From Cyanidioschyzon merolae (lineage: Eukaryota): a stretch of 64,000 nucleotides of DNA. Location of the stretch: the NCBI GenBank assembly GCA_000091205.1, contig AP006490.2, one strand, 5' to 3'. This document shows positions 47,314 through 58,540 of this stretch, piece after piece. The notes beneath the pieces were generated by a model. It was given only the letters and a program-made list of their open reading frames with translations, did not search any database and was not told the origin of the DNA. Both the position numbers and the translations under genes were made by a program. Numbering within the stretch: position 1 is the first letter of the stretch; the number at the start of each line of letters is the position of its first letter.

Positions 47314-50300
47314 CAAATATTTGCGATTTACAGAACACGTCACATTTTCAACTTACATGGGTGTAATAAGACGGATTAATCTCTCATCATGAAAAAGAAA
47401 TGCATCATCTCCCGAATTATGTTATTCTTTACATTCTATATACTACATGACTATCTGAATTTCTCTGTGGCCCTCCTCGGCTCATCTCAAACGAGCCCTC
47501 CAGCGAGACGCTTACGTTCTCACACCAGTGCTCGTTTGCTGCTTACGAAGGTTTAGTAATATCGAAAAATGGAAACCAAGAGGACTTGCTTCATCCTGCT
47601 AGAGAAAATCGTCCGGATGCATGGATATCGTGCTCCGGCTGTGCAATTTATTGAACGTTCCGTTAAAGTGGCACGCTCTAGGTGGGAATCCAGTAACCGC
47701 TCCCCTGGCCACTGATGTGTCTCATAGGATTTCAGCAGTTATTCAGCACAAAGTAGAGCGCGAATACGTGACAACTACCCCAAAACTTTCCTCAAAACAG
47801 AGCCGATGTACCCGCTTGATGCACGATGAATTTCCGAACAATCATCGAGGCGAACAATTCTCAGTATAGAGATGGCTCGAGCGCATTGAGGTTTGTCGAA
47901 TATCGCAAAAGTCAGTTTTTCGCATTCGATTACATCGCCATGTGATGTGCAGTCGACTCATTGAATACCATCTCGTGAACCTGGGTCAGGTACTCTCTCT
48001 TCTTCCGTACTTGTTTCTGCGTGCAGCCATGCTCATGATGCGTTTATATCCTGATGAACGCACCAATGAGAGTCCCGCAGAATCGAATCCTGTGCTCGTT
48101 TCATGCCCTCGTTGAAGGAGCAGTAATGCAGCCTTTACGCGCTACAGAAAGTCCAGCGACCTTAGCCGTTAAAGTGGGACACGAATTATATGTCAATGCC
48201 TGTTCCAACACCTTGACCATTTTTGGTGAATGCACACTACCTGCATCAGTGCGATTGGACCCGTTCGTGGCCATGGTGAATTCTCGTTTACTCCTGCCAA
48301 GGATCGTCCATATGAGAGAGTTGGACGCTAATGTACGCTGCGAATGCTGCGTGCAGAGATGCCCTTCAGCTCGATCCGGTGCTCAGGGCGACAAGTTGCA
48401 TATACTGCCGCCCCATTCGATTTTTCTCTGTTCCTCTCGGTATCCAGTATTTCCGACTGGCGATGATGTCGAGGCATGGTAAAACTGAGCAGCTACAACT
48501 GCTTTCTGTTCATGTCTTTGGCCCCGTTTTGGATTTATCGGAACCGAGACGGACACGATGCTATTGAACCGCGGATGCACGCCCTTCACGATGGCATTCC
48601 CTTCATAGAATTCGAAGCGTTCGACATGCGACCCGTTGCGTGATCCATTCCTAGGCATCACGAAGTGTTTGAAGACAGGCATTTCTTCGGTCTCCATATG
48701 CCTGTGAACTTGATCCAACTTCCTACCTGAATCGAGAGCTCTTCCACGTCCGCCCGAGCGCTTAACAAAATAGACCGAATAGATCATTCATGCTCGCAGA
48801 GACGATCCGTAGCGTACTGAGAAGGCCACAATTTACGATACGGAAATATCGGGGTTAGTATAAAGCAACGTAATGTGACAAACGGGCACCACATTTCTGA
48901 AACCAAAAGGAGTCTGGGGCTCGCAACTTTGATGGTCGGGGCTGCTCAGCTCTGAAGGGCCCTGCTCAGGAAGAACTCGCAGCGCGATGAGCATCCGAGG
49001 CACCCTCAGGTTCCAGATATCAACTCGTTCTGACACCCGTTGATCCGAACTTGATGGAACAAATACCGACTTTGGACGATCTCAAGCTATTCTCGCTCCG
49101 ATTGCGACATATTTTCCGATCTCGGTACCACCTCGATCTCTTCCGCTCCAGTTTAAAAATCACCCGCTTCGATATCCCCAAGAGTCCTTTTAACCAGTAC
49201 CCTCGGTTTCTGAGTCGCTACCGTGTCGCTCTAGAGAACGCAAGGTGCGGTTTGTGAAGCGCCGAAGCTTGAACGGTACACAATTTTTCCGCTTCTGAGA
49301 TTGGCTCGATGCTTTTCGTTGCCATTGGCACTTTCGGTGATCTGATTACCGAGATGGCACGCCCGCACTTCAATGCATTCTAAGCAATGGTTTGACGAAT
49401 CTCTGATATTTTAAACAGATTCTTCGCCTCCTCTGTGCCGAGTATCAGTTGTACTGGTGCGAGAAAGTATGATCCGAAAAATTCGGCGAAATGCCAACCG
49501 CTGATAGCCCTGCGTCTTTAGTTCCTCCCATTCGTTGCATGGCGAGATGCACCAAGACGAGGGAAACTGTGCGAATAGTCCCCGAGTGAGGAGCTGCGCG
49601 CTTCCCAACGGCTTGCTGCATCTCAAGTTTTGGGCCAATTTCCCCAATGATGTGATATAGTATGGAGGAATTGTTTGCTGTTTTTACTGATCTTTTAAAA
49701 CAGACTTTTCTCCTTTCTGTGGCTCCTAGTCCTCCGCGAAAATTGATCATTTACTTCTTTTTCCGGTAGTGTTGCCCTATCCTTTGTTGGGCAGGGAGAC
49801 CTGAATATGGCCGGTAAAAGCGAAACCAGTTTTTTGGCCCTTGGAATTTTGACGCACTTGGTCGACTCCGAGGCTCTAACTTGCTCTTTTTTTCGTCTGC
49901 ATCTCATACTGCCCGAATACGTGTACACCACCTTCCTGGTCGCGAGCACGCCCACAGACTGGACTGCACTTCTTCTGCCCCCTCCGACGCAAAGACGGAG
50001 CAGCGATAGTGCAGTTCATAGCTGTGACTGTAAAAATCAACTTGTCTATGGACAATGGGAAGAAGATCTATATTGCCGCGGATACCAGTGTCGCGTCTCT
50101 TGATTTGGGAACGTGAAAAAATGCATTTGACCAAGAAGAGGAAGCCTTCGTCCTAACTGTCTCGTAAAGAAAGGGCCTCAGCGAAGGGCAGCTCAACGCA
50201 GATCGCAGCGGCGGACAAGTTGACTGCTCCTGAGTCATGGAATGCGACGATTTCCAAGAGATAGACAGAATACTGTAGGATGGAGGAGCCGTAAAGCCCT

Positions 50301-51460
50301 CTAACGACAGATTTGCTGAGGAAAGCGTCCTGTCCGTTTTACAATTTCCAGGCAAACACAAGACTGAATCACGACTTGGCGCGATATCGGAATGCTCACA
50401 GGTCTCTTCGTTACGACCAGATACTAAGCGCTCTTTCAGCAACCATTTGCAGTCCTCTCTCTCCTAGCGAATGAAAACTCATCGAATGAGGCGAGCAGCC
50501 GGCCATCCAGTGGGAAACCTTTGAGTTTCAATATATATTTGGTATATTGTCGTTCGACGCGAGACGCTCCGGAGTAGTGGCGCTCGTTTTTTCGCTTCGA
50601 ATGGTGTCAGTTCATTTCCGATCCAATCAAAAGTACAGAAACTTCGCACCTTGCGGCTTCTCTTGAATTCGTGCTAGGTCAATGCATGGAGTGGCATGGA
50701 GTTTGAAGCACACATTTATGAAGACAGAGTGTCATATGTTCTATTTTGGGTGCGCCACGTTCACGATACTATTTACAAGACCGGATAAAATACACCCATA
50801 TTTTTTACTGTAGAATGGTTGGCTTACAGAGATGAGGCCGTTACTTACCGGACACCAGTGACCGCCTTGAGTCAGTTCACGACCTTTTACCAATCTACAA
50901 AATGCATCACTTTTGCTGAATATGCGGAAGAAGAGAAAACAAAAATTAAAAAGCGAGGAAGCTCAGGAATTCCACAATTGAATGTTCAGCGTATAACGCC
51001 GCTTTAGAACGGCGCTCGTAAGGTAACCCTCGATGAGACGCAATTCGCGAAAGTTCCCTCGACGTGGAAAGCCAGTACATTTGGAGAATGCAATCTTTAA
51101 AGCCACCAAAACAGAAGCAGATCCGCAGATAGTGAGTCACACCCCAACAATGCGACCTACGCCATAGGCTCTTGAACACCTTCGGTTCCGAGTCCGAACA
51201 TGTGGGTGCGTTGCTCCTGCATACAGTGGCAACTTTAGAACCCGAGCCAGCCAGAAAGACGATCCTTTCCGGACAACGAAGCACGATAGGAAGCTACAGA
51301 ATCCAGAAGTTTCACGACCAGCGGCTTGCTTGTCCGTCGCTGACGGCGGCGCGAACTGTCAATACAGGTACGATTCCTGATTCGTAGACTTTGCAACCGT
51401 CAATCGCCTCACTCAAATACTGGTTTGAGGCTATTCGATTGTAGCCGCAAAGGAGACTTC

Positions 51461-54400
51461 TTAGCTTCGACGAGCCGGCAAGGATACAAGACGTACAGGA
51501 GCGGCTCCAGAATCAGCCGGCTGCATATTCGTATCCAGTGCAAAGCGCGGCCTACTTTCGGACGATTTCCCCCCGATGTCAACATAGGGTGTCGAGTCGG
51601 GCCTCAGGGAGTCTAACGTTTGCTGCGACCGGGTTAGCTGACGCGACGTCGAGCTGCTGCTGTGGTCTGCGGCGGCCACTTGGGAAACATCCCCGTTTCG
51701 CGAAGAAGCGGCACGCTCCGTTATCGGATGTAAGGGCAGATCTGTGCTCGCTTCCTCTTCCGCAAGTCGTTTCCATTCATTTGCAAACTTACGACATATC
51801 TTCCCAAAAAGCGCGAGCAACTGAGCACTTTCAACCTGCATTTCTGCCCCGAGCTCTTCGAGTGGACGGCGCTGGAGTCCCACACCAACCAGGATAGCCT
51901 GCTGCGCCGGCGACAGCGTAATCCGCTCTGCAGCAAAATGGCCTTCAAAGTACAGACGACTCAGCACCGGAATGATATCCAAAATCACGTGATAGTCCAG
52001 CAGATGGTTTGCATACGCTTGCAAACGCCGCAAGTCGTGCATGGAAAGTAGCAAGCGAAGTTGTGCCGCGTTCCACAGACTGGCGTCGGGCGGTGCAGCT
52101 CGCAAGACGTCCAGCACGAGACCCAAGGGTAACGAGCGAAAGTCGTATGAGAGCAGCGACAGAAACCGTGCTCGCCAGTCCAAGTGCAGGGCCCTAAATC
52201 CCTGTTCATGGGCCTGCTTCAAACTCCGAAGCATGATGCAGGTATGCTCCGCAGTGACCTCATTCGGGGTAAGTCGCACGTAGACTGGCAGCATACCGAT
52301 GCGATTCCAGAATCGATACAGTCCGTGTGAGAGACCGAACGAAACCCCCAGATAGTCCAGATCCGGAACCCTCTGTTCACTCAGTCTGTAAAGCAACGGC
52401 TCCGGTACCGTGTCGTCATTGATGCTTCCCACAGACAGATCGGGTTGTGCATCATCGGTTTCTCGCAGAGTCTTTCGTTCATGCTGCTGCACACCGGAGG
52501 CCACTCGACGGCGGAAATGTTCCACGAGGCACTCCATGGCGCGGGTGCCGTAGCCCATACCTTGCACATCAGGATGCGTAGCAATGCGGATGACCCGAGC
52601 ACCTGCCAGTTGAGCAAAGGCTGTCTCCTGGAACTGTTGCGTTAGCGTCCACGGAATGAGGTCCCCAGCAGCTCGCTTCCCTCGCGACAACTGAGACTCG
52701 GTGTGTTCACGCGAGAGGCGCCCCTCGAGTCCTAGCTGAATGGCGCACAGCACATCCGGTAGTCGTTTTGGATCAGAGGAAGTTGGCCCCAGCAGCACAT
52801 ACAGCTGCTGGTTCGATGCATCGCTCAGCATCTGAAGATCATTGGGGGTGTTCTTATAGTGCGAGGACACAAAAAGCGCCATTACCCGACGGAGGAAAAT
52901 TTCCGCTAGGGCGTGTCCACTGAAAAGAACGTCGCGATTGACTTGGCATAGCGTGCACATGGAAGGGTGCGGAAGCGCACGTGTCTGCAACGCTGGCGCT
53001 TCTGTCGTCTCCAGGCAGAGGAGCGCGTGAAGCCACGCCTCCACCGGATCGTTGCGAGCGTAGCGGATGGGCTCCTCGAGAACAAGCTCGTGGAAGCGTC
53101 GACCATATTGCCGGGTGCTGGAGTCACAGCCGTGCTCTACTGGCGGCTCGATGCCGCCATTTGGGGTATGCGACACATCTTCCGGCATTGGGGGTGGCAC
53201 AAGCCTACTTTCTGCCGCCACTGAAGTGTTTTGTTGAACATGGCGGCGAGCCTGCGCGATCAGCTTGAGGGAGAGACTACGGCCGGTTCCTTCGTAACCG
53301 AAGATCGTCGACGATAGGAAGACGTGACACGATTTGCTGGGCAGAAGTGAGAGTATTCGTTTCACAAGTACCAGCGGTATAGCGGCTGCTTCATCAATAA
53401 TGACGAGGTCAGCGCTTACGAGGGCACCAATGGTGGCGGCATCCACCCGCCGGATAGCCTCTGGCTCAAGGTACGAGACCTGACGCACCCGCCGCCCAAG
53501 CATAGAGAGCTTGCTTATGCAGCGATCGTGTCGGGATTCTAGCACATAGTCCGTATGTTCTTGTAACTTGAGCTCATTCAGGCCTGACACTAAGAGTGAA
53601 AATAGAGTCTGGACGTTGTCCGCTGCGGGCGCTGTCACCACAATGGACGTGTAGCCGAGCGCAAGCGCCGCAGCCGCCGCTAGCCCCAGCGCCGCAGATT
53701 TGCCCCTGCCACGAGCTGCTGTCAAGACCACCATGGACGCTGCAAGCGCAGCCGGAGTTGTTGTATCGACGTTGCGGGCCAGCAGGGCATGAAGCGTCTC
53801 CAGGACACGAGCCTGGTCGAGCGTGCGGGTGCGACGCAGCAGCGGCCCTAGCACTTGCAGGTCTGCACGGGATGACCATAAGATTTCGAGCTGCTTTTGG
53901 CGAAACTCCGCTTCCGAAGTGACGTTGGAGTCGCCCACGGTGCCGCCAACTTCCGGAGGCGAACGAACATGAATCCGGGGAATAGAAGCGAGATCTTGCG
54001 CCCTGGAGCTATCATCTGCATTTGCAGCCTGAGGTATCGAATATGCTGACGAGCAGCTCGCACCACCAACGGCAGGAAGCACATTGAGTTCATCATCTAC
54101 TGCAAGCGCCATAGGGCAGGTCTCGAGGCTGAGGACGAGTCGCCGATTAAATCGTGGTACTATATCCGGGCACGATTCCGTGCGATAGTGGGCGTGTACG
54201 TCCATTTTCAGCGTGTACAGCTGCCGCAAACTCTCCATGTTATGCAAGAGGAACAATACCAAACCGCCTCCCTGCACAGTCTCGATCGTGCGTGCAAGAA
54301 GGTTCGGTGTAAGGGCTCCAAAGTCCTGTAGAACAAGGAGACCATAAGTGTTCCCAAGCACCTTTTCGGATTCAGAGTAGTACGAGAAGCGGATGTTAGC

Positions 54401-54700
54401 TGTCGAGACGAATAGTTCAAAAAGGTCTTCGGTTTTGGCGTCCACAGAGACTCCACCGTGTCGCAGCTTTTTGCGGAGTTGTCGCAGGCGTTTGCGGCGG
54501 TGCGACGAAAAACCCAGTTCCTTCTTATACATCCAAAGGACATCTGGCCGCGGCCTCGTTCCGATCCGAGTAAGTAAGTGGTAAAAGAAAGGGACCTGAT
54601 CTTTGGCGTGATCACCAACAACAAAGAAAAGCGCGCGGGTGTGTGTCTCGTAGGCGCGAACGAGCAGCTGCCGTACGCGTTCATCAACACGCTTCTTCAT
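51461..54700 (-). CDS. NAT10: RNA cytidine acetyltransferase NAT10/Kre33
   Basis: The N-terminus MKKRVDERVRQLL...RALFFVVGD aligns with human MHRKKVDNRIRILIENGV...RSLFVVVGD. A helicase-like Walker A motif and GNAT and tRNA-binding regions are present in a single 1079-aa ORF. The ATG is at 54698-54700. Confidence 0.9.
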   Translation of the reverse strand: MKKRVDERVRQLLVRAYETHTRALFFVVGDHAKDQVPFFYHLLTRIGTRPRPDVLWMYKKELGFSSHRRKRLRQLRKKLRHGGVSVDAKTEDLFELFVSTANIRFSYYSESEKVLGNTYGLLVLQDFGALTPNLLARTIETVQGGGLVLFLLHNMESLRQLYTLKMDVHAHYRTESCPDIVPRFNRRLVLSLETCPMALAVDDELNVLPAVGGASCSSAYSIPQAANADDSSRAQDLASIPRIHVRSPPEVGGTVGDSNVTSEAEFRQKQLEILWSSRADLQVLGPLLRRTRTLDQARVLETLHALLARNVDTTTPAALAASMVVLTAARGRGKSAALGLAAAAALALGYTSIVVTAPAADNVQTLFSLLVSGLNELKLQEHTDYVLESRHDRCISKLSMLGRRVRQVSYLEPEAIRRVDAATIGALVSADLVIIDEAAAIPLVLVKRILSLLPSKSCHVFLSSTIFGYEGTGRSLSLKLIAQARRHVQQNTSVAAESRLVPPPMPEDVSHTPNGGIEPPVEHGCDSSTRQYGRRFHELVLEEPIRYARNDPVEAWLHALLCLETTEAPALQTRALPHPSMCTLCQVNRDVLFSGHALAEIFLRRVMALFVSSHYKNTPNDLQMLSDASNQQLYVLLGPTSSDPKRLPDVLCAIQLGLEGRLSREHTESQLSRGKRAAGDLIPWTLTQQFQETAFAQLAGARVIRIATHPDVQGMGYGTRAMECLVEHFRRRVASGVQQHERKTLRETDDAQPDLSVGSINDDTVPEPLLYRLSEQRVPDLDYLGVSFGLSHGLYRFWNRIGMLPVYVRLTPNEVTAEHTCIMLRSLKQAHEQGFRALHLDWRARFLSLLSYDFRSLPLGLVLDVLRAAPPDASLWNAAQLRLLLSMHDLRRLQAYANHLLDYHVILDIIPVLSRLYFEGHFAAERITLSPAQQAILVGVGLQRRPLEELGAEMQVESAQLLALFGKICRKFANEWKRLAEEEASTDLPLHPITERAASSRNGDVSQVAAADHSSSSTSRQLTRSQQTLDSLRPDSTPYVDIGGKSSESRPRFALDTNMQPADSGAAPVRLVSLPARRS

Positions 54701-54884
54701 CGAAAGCTGCTAACGGTACCAAAGTTCGTTGCAGGTCCGTACCGATCCAAAGCGTAGCCACGCTGTAAAGCGCCGTTCTCAAGTGGAACGTCGCCGGTCG
54801 TGTACAGTAGTGACGAGGCACCCGCCCTAAACATAGAGTACCAAGCGACGTGCAGACGCCTCGTAGTTTTGGACCCGCCACGTT

Positions 54885-57513
54885 CTACTGCTTCCAGGTT
54901 TTTCTCATATAGTTCCACTTTGGGTTTTCTACCCCAACAATCACTTTTGTCCATTCTGGAGGTCTTTTCTCCATCATCGCACATCTACTCATATAGAGCG
55001 CGGCGCTAATATCTCGGTTCACAAACTCCATACGTTTCTTGCCATCATTGGTTGTACTAAACAATGCAGGTACTCCATCAACTTTCGCCCTCCTTTCCAT
55101 TCGCTCTTCCGTCAACGCTCCATGCTTTTTTATATCCTTCGGGGCTCCTTTGGCACTTTTCCATCTCGACGCTTTCAAGTACACAACCCAACTCGTGTGG
55201 TGCATAGGACGTTCGAGACTCATTTACAGGTATCGTAACGAGACTCCGTGTACACTCCTTGTACGTTCTTGTCGTCGAGGCTGGTGTACACCCTTTTTGG
55301 GTCTTCCAGCGCCCTGCTCCGTATGCTACTACGAGCATCTGACATTCATTCTCCTTCAGGGCGCTCAACTGATTGAAAAAGTTGGCAAATGCACGCTGCC
55401 ACCCACAGTATAGATTGATTCGCAGACGAGCCCACGGAGGCTTTGTAGATTCTTTCCACATTTCCTCCTACTAAACAAGGCGAACCTTCCATGGACTCGC
55501 GAAAAGCTTCAGTGTCCGCTCTGGCGCTCGCCGCCTCGCTCAAAGCTTCCACGTGCTCTTTCATTCATGCATTCCAGGCCCCAATTTTCTTCCTCGCACT
55601 CATGATTCCCGATTCTCCATGGTATCTCGCTCTCGAGAACATCAACAGACGCATGTCTTTCTGAAGCAAGTTACCGTCAGTACCATCTTCCGCACGCTTG
55701 GGAGCAGCGGTGGTACTGATATTCGTGTTGCCGGGGTCCGCGCCAGCGAAAAGGTCGTTATCCTCCACCTCCTGCGTCGCAGGACCCGCCACCTTCTTTT
55801 CTTCCTGCTTCGCCGCGCCAACGACAATATGGTTATCTCCACCTCCTGCGCCGTTGGATGCTCCTACTTCTCATCTTCATCCTTCGCCAAGGGCGGAACT
55901 GGACGATCTGTCTTCAAGCGCCGATGGTGTCCACACATGGCTACCCTATCGGTCTCGATCAACCCAGTGAATACCTTTTTCTTGCTCGTTTTCAGACGTT
56001 GGGAATCGAAGGTATTGTTCCAGTACGTGTCCCGGTTTTCACCGGAGAACACCTCCCCGCTGAAATCGAGCTCCGGGCTGATCTCCTGCATAATGCCATG
56101 GATTCTGGAGTCGATACTCACAAAATGTGACTTGAAGTTGCATAACGGAGCGACACTGAAGCGGCTCTCCAGAAGCGCAGCCTTCTGTGTCTCCCACTCT
56201 TCATTTTTCCCCACGCCCAGTTCCGTTTCGGCCTTGCATTCCAGTTCTCGGTCCAAAAACACGAAATGTCGCTGGATGCGATAATAATATCTTTCTTTAT
56301 CTTTTTGCAACTCTGATATCTTGTATGTTGGACTCATCAGCTCCAAGACTGCATGGTGCTCTTGTATAAACGCACGGATGAGGGAGTCCTCATTTATGCC
56401 ATCGTTTGACGTCTTCTAGCCGACAAATTCGACCTCATCTTCATGCTCACGATTGTTCGTGATGCGTTTGATAATCGCCCGTTTCCCATTACGAGAGACG
56501 CCCGGGCAGAGTGCAAACACGGCGCGTAACATGAAACGTTCGAGGTTCACCGTCAAATGGTTCTCCAGGTTCGTGATGTACTTCATCGCCCCATAGCCGT
56601 AAATATTCTGGTCACCCTTGCATCGAGTACCATTGAAGCTGTAAAAGGGATGCTTTTCGTGGAGAGCATGCACTAGCTCATTTTCACTCCGCGCTTCCTC
56701 TGTACCAAGTATCAGCTGACGAATTAAGGTCTTGTCGAAACCTCGTCTGGAATCTCGACAGTTTCCATGTGCGCCACGTCGCGATACATCTCCCTCGCCT
56801 AATGCATCAGTCCTGAAGAAGCCTTTATAATGCTCATGGAGTACGAGTCGCCACGTTTTATGATAGAGTCTCGCAATTTTTCCATGTATGGATCCTTGAT
56901 TTGTCCAAGAAGAAAGGTTTTCACAATCATCTCGTCGTACAGTTGCCTTTCCCGCAGCCTGCGACGTAGGGCCTCCCCTTGGCTTCTTCTCGACTTCCTT
57001 TTCTTCTGGACTCGGCACTGTTTTTTGTTTTTTCGGGCACCCAGCGACCCTGGGCCTCCAGGATCGTGGACTTGCTTTGTGATAGCTTCCTTTTTTAGTT
57101 TTTTTTTGAAAAACAACGCTCTTTGAACGCTTCTGCGATATACTGCGAAAAAACACTTGACTAGATATGTTTGAGGTGTGAAACAAAAACGAACTGAAAG
57201 ACTGTACTTGGCTACGACCTGAACGGAAATCCAACTTTTTTCGGTAGAACAACACGCTTCTGATCGAGATCGCGTTTCCCTTCAACAACGGCATGCGCAT
57301 CGTGTCAGTTGACTGACTGATCTCCCAGTTGCGCTCATTTAGCGCAATGCATCCACTGCGCGAGACGCTACTCCGATCGATGAAGGACACGTGTCCGAAA
57401 ACCCCGCCTTGGCACATGCGTGTTCGCATACCACTGCAGCCAAAATAAAGTATCGTAGATTGGAAACTCACGTAGAATGATCTCTTGCTACAGGCTCTGT
57501 CGCTGGTGCCCAT
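54885..57513 (-). pseudogene. Fragmented TnpB/Fanzor-like (OMEGA-family RuvC nuclease) gene relic within an AT-richer spacer; probably part of a decayed transposon
   Basis: Four collinear minus-strand ORF pieces are present. Piece 56416..57513 has a Lys-rich, NLS-like N-terminus. Piece 55864..56346 lies in the same frame as the first, separated by a single TAG, and contains a RuvC-I-like segment [31 protein letters not shown]. Piece 55078..55461 reads I-NLYC-GWQRAFANFFNQLSALKENECQMLVVAYGAGRWKTQKGC, which aligns with ISDra2 TnpB [41 protein letters not shown]. Piece 54885..55223, in another frame, has KKRMEFVNRDISAALYMS, matching the RuvC-III signature DRDVNAAKNI. A possible RuvC-II remnant, QEVEDNDL, lies between. 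Domain order and span (about 870 aa) fit Fanzor1/TnpB. Confidence 0.5.
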
Positions 57514-58540
57514 TGCAGTACCGCCCTGACATACATGGAGATGCAGCGGCCTGGTACGATACCCGTCGACGCTTCTATCAAACGCGTATCTTTCTCTGCG
57601 GCTTACGCGTGTGCGGATGAGGTATGCATCACTCTACTCAATAGAAATTTCGTTAATTTTATTGATCGTATATAAACAAGACACGGAATGATTCCTGACC
57701 AAGGATATTCGTTTAATCAATATGCTTGTTATGCATGCCGCACCGACGCTGGAATAAGGACCTGACCTGAATTTCGCTACTATCCTGTGCCATGGGCTGG
57801 AGCTGATGCCTGTTCAAGTCATTGCCATGCTGCCGTGGTTGTCCAAGTTATGGTGCCTGCTTCGTCCTCAGGATCCGGCGATCTTGGCGGAGGCAGAGCA
57901 CACAGGTAGCGTCCATGTCTGCCACGAGGTTTGAGCCTTCCATCTCGCCTGGCACGATCGTGGCACTTGACAAAAGCGCATACTGTATTCTGGTCTACTC
58001 TATCAGATTATTTTCAAAAGCCTAACCCGTACATCGAGCCCGAACGAGGCACCCCTGAAAACAAACGCCTTTCGAAAGTCGAACGGCGCCAGCGGTGCAC
58101 AGTAGTGGCGAGTGGCCCGCCCTAGAAATGACATCTCCAACTGACGTGCAGACGCATCCAAAATAAGATACCACCTTTGAAAATTTCCTTATGCCTCCTC
58201 TACGGTACTCGTCGGCGAGCTACGTGGAAGTTCGTCTACGATTGTTGTGATCTCTGAGCGCAGCACTGCGGAACCCTTGGCACCAATTACTGATGAGGTT
58301 GTTGATGGGAAGCATAGGAGATACGTCTAGTTTCTGAAAAAGACACTGAGCGCTTGTGCTAGATGTGCTCAACGCTAGACATTCTACGGGAGATTTAGGT
58401 CGGACTCTGGACAATGGATGGGTGATCACTCGTGCAGCTACGCAAAAGAGGTTTTTGACTGGATACGCACACCTACGCGAGCGATTCTAGCCGGTGACGT
58501 GATCGGCAGCTTTGCACCGGAGAAAATCTAATCCAAGAAA

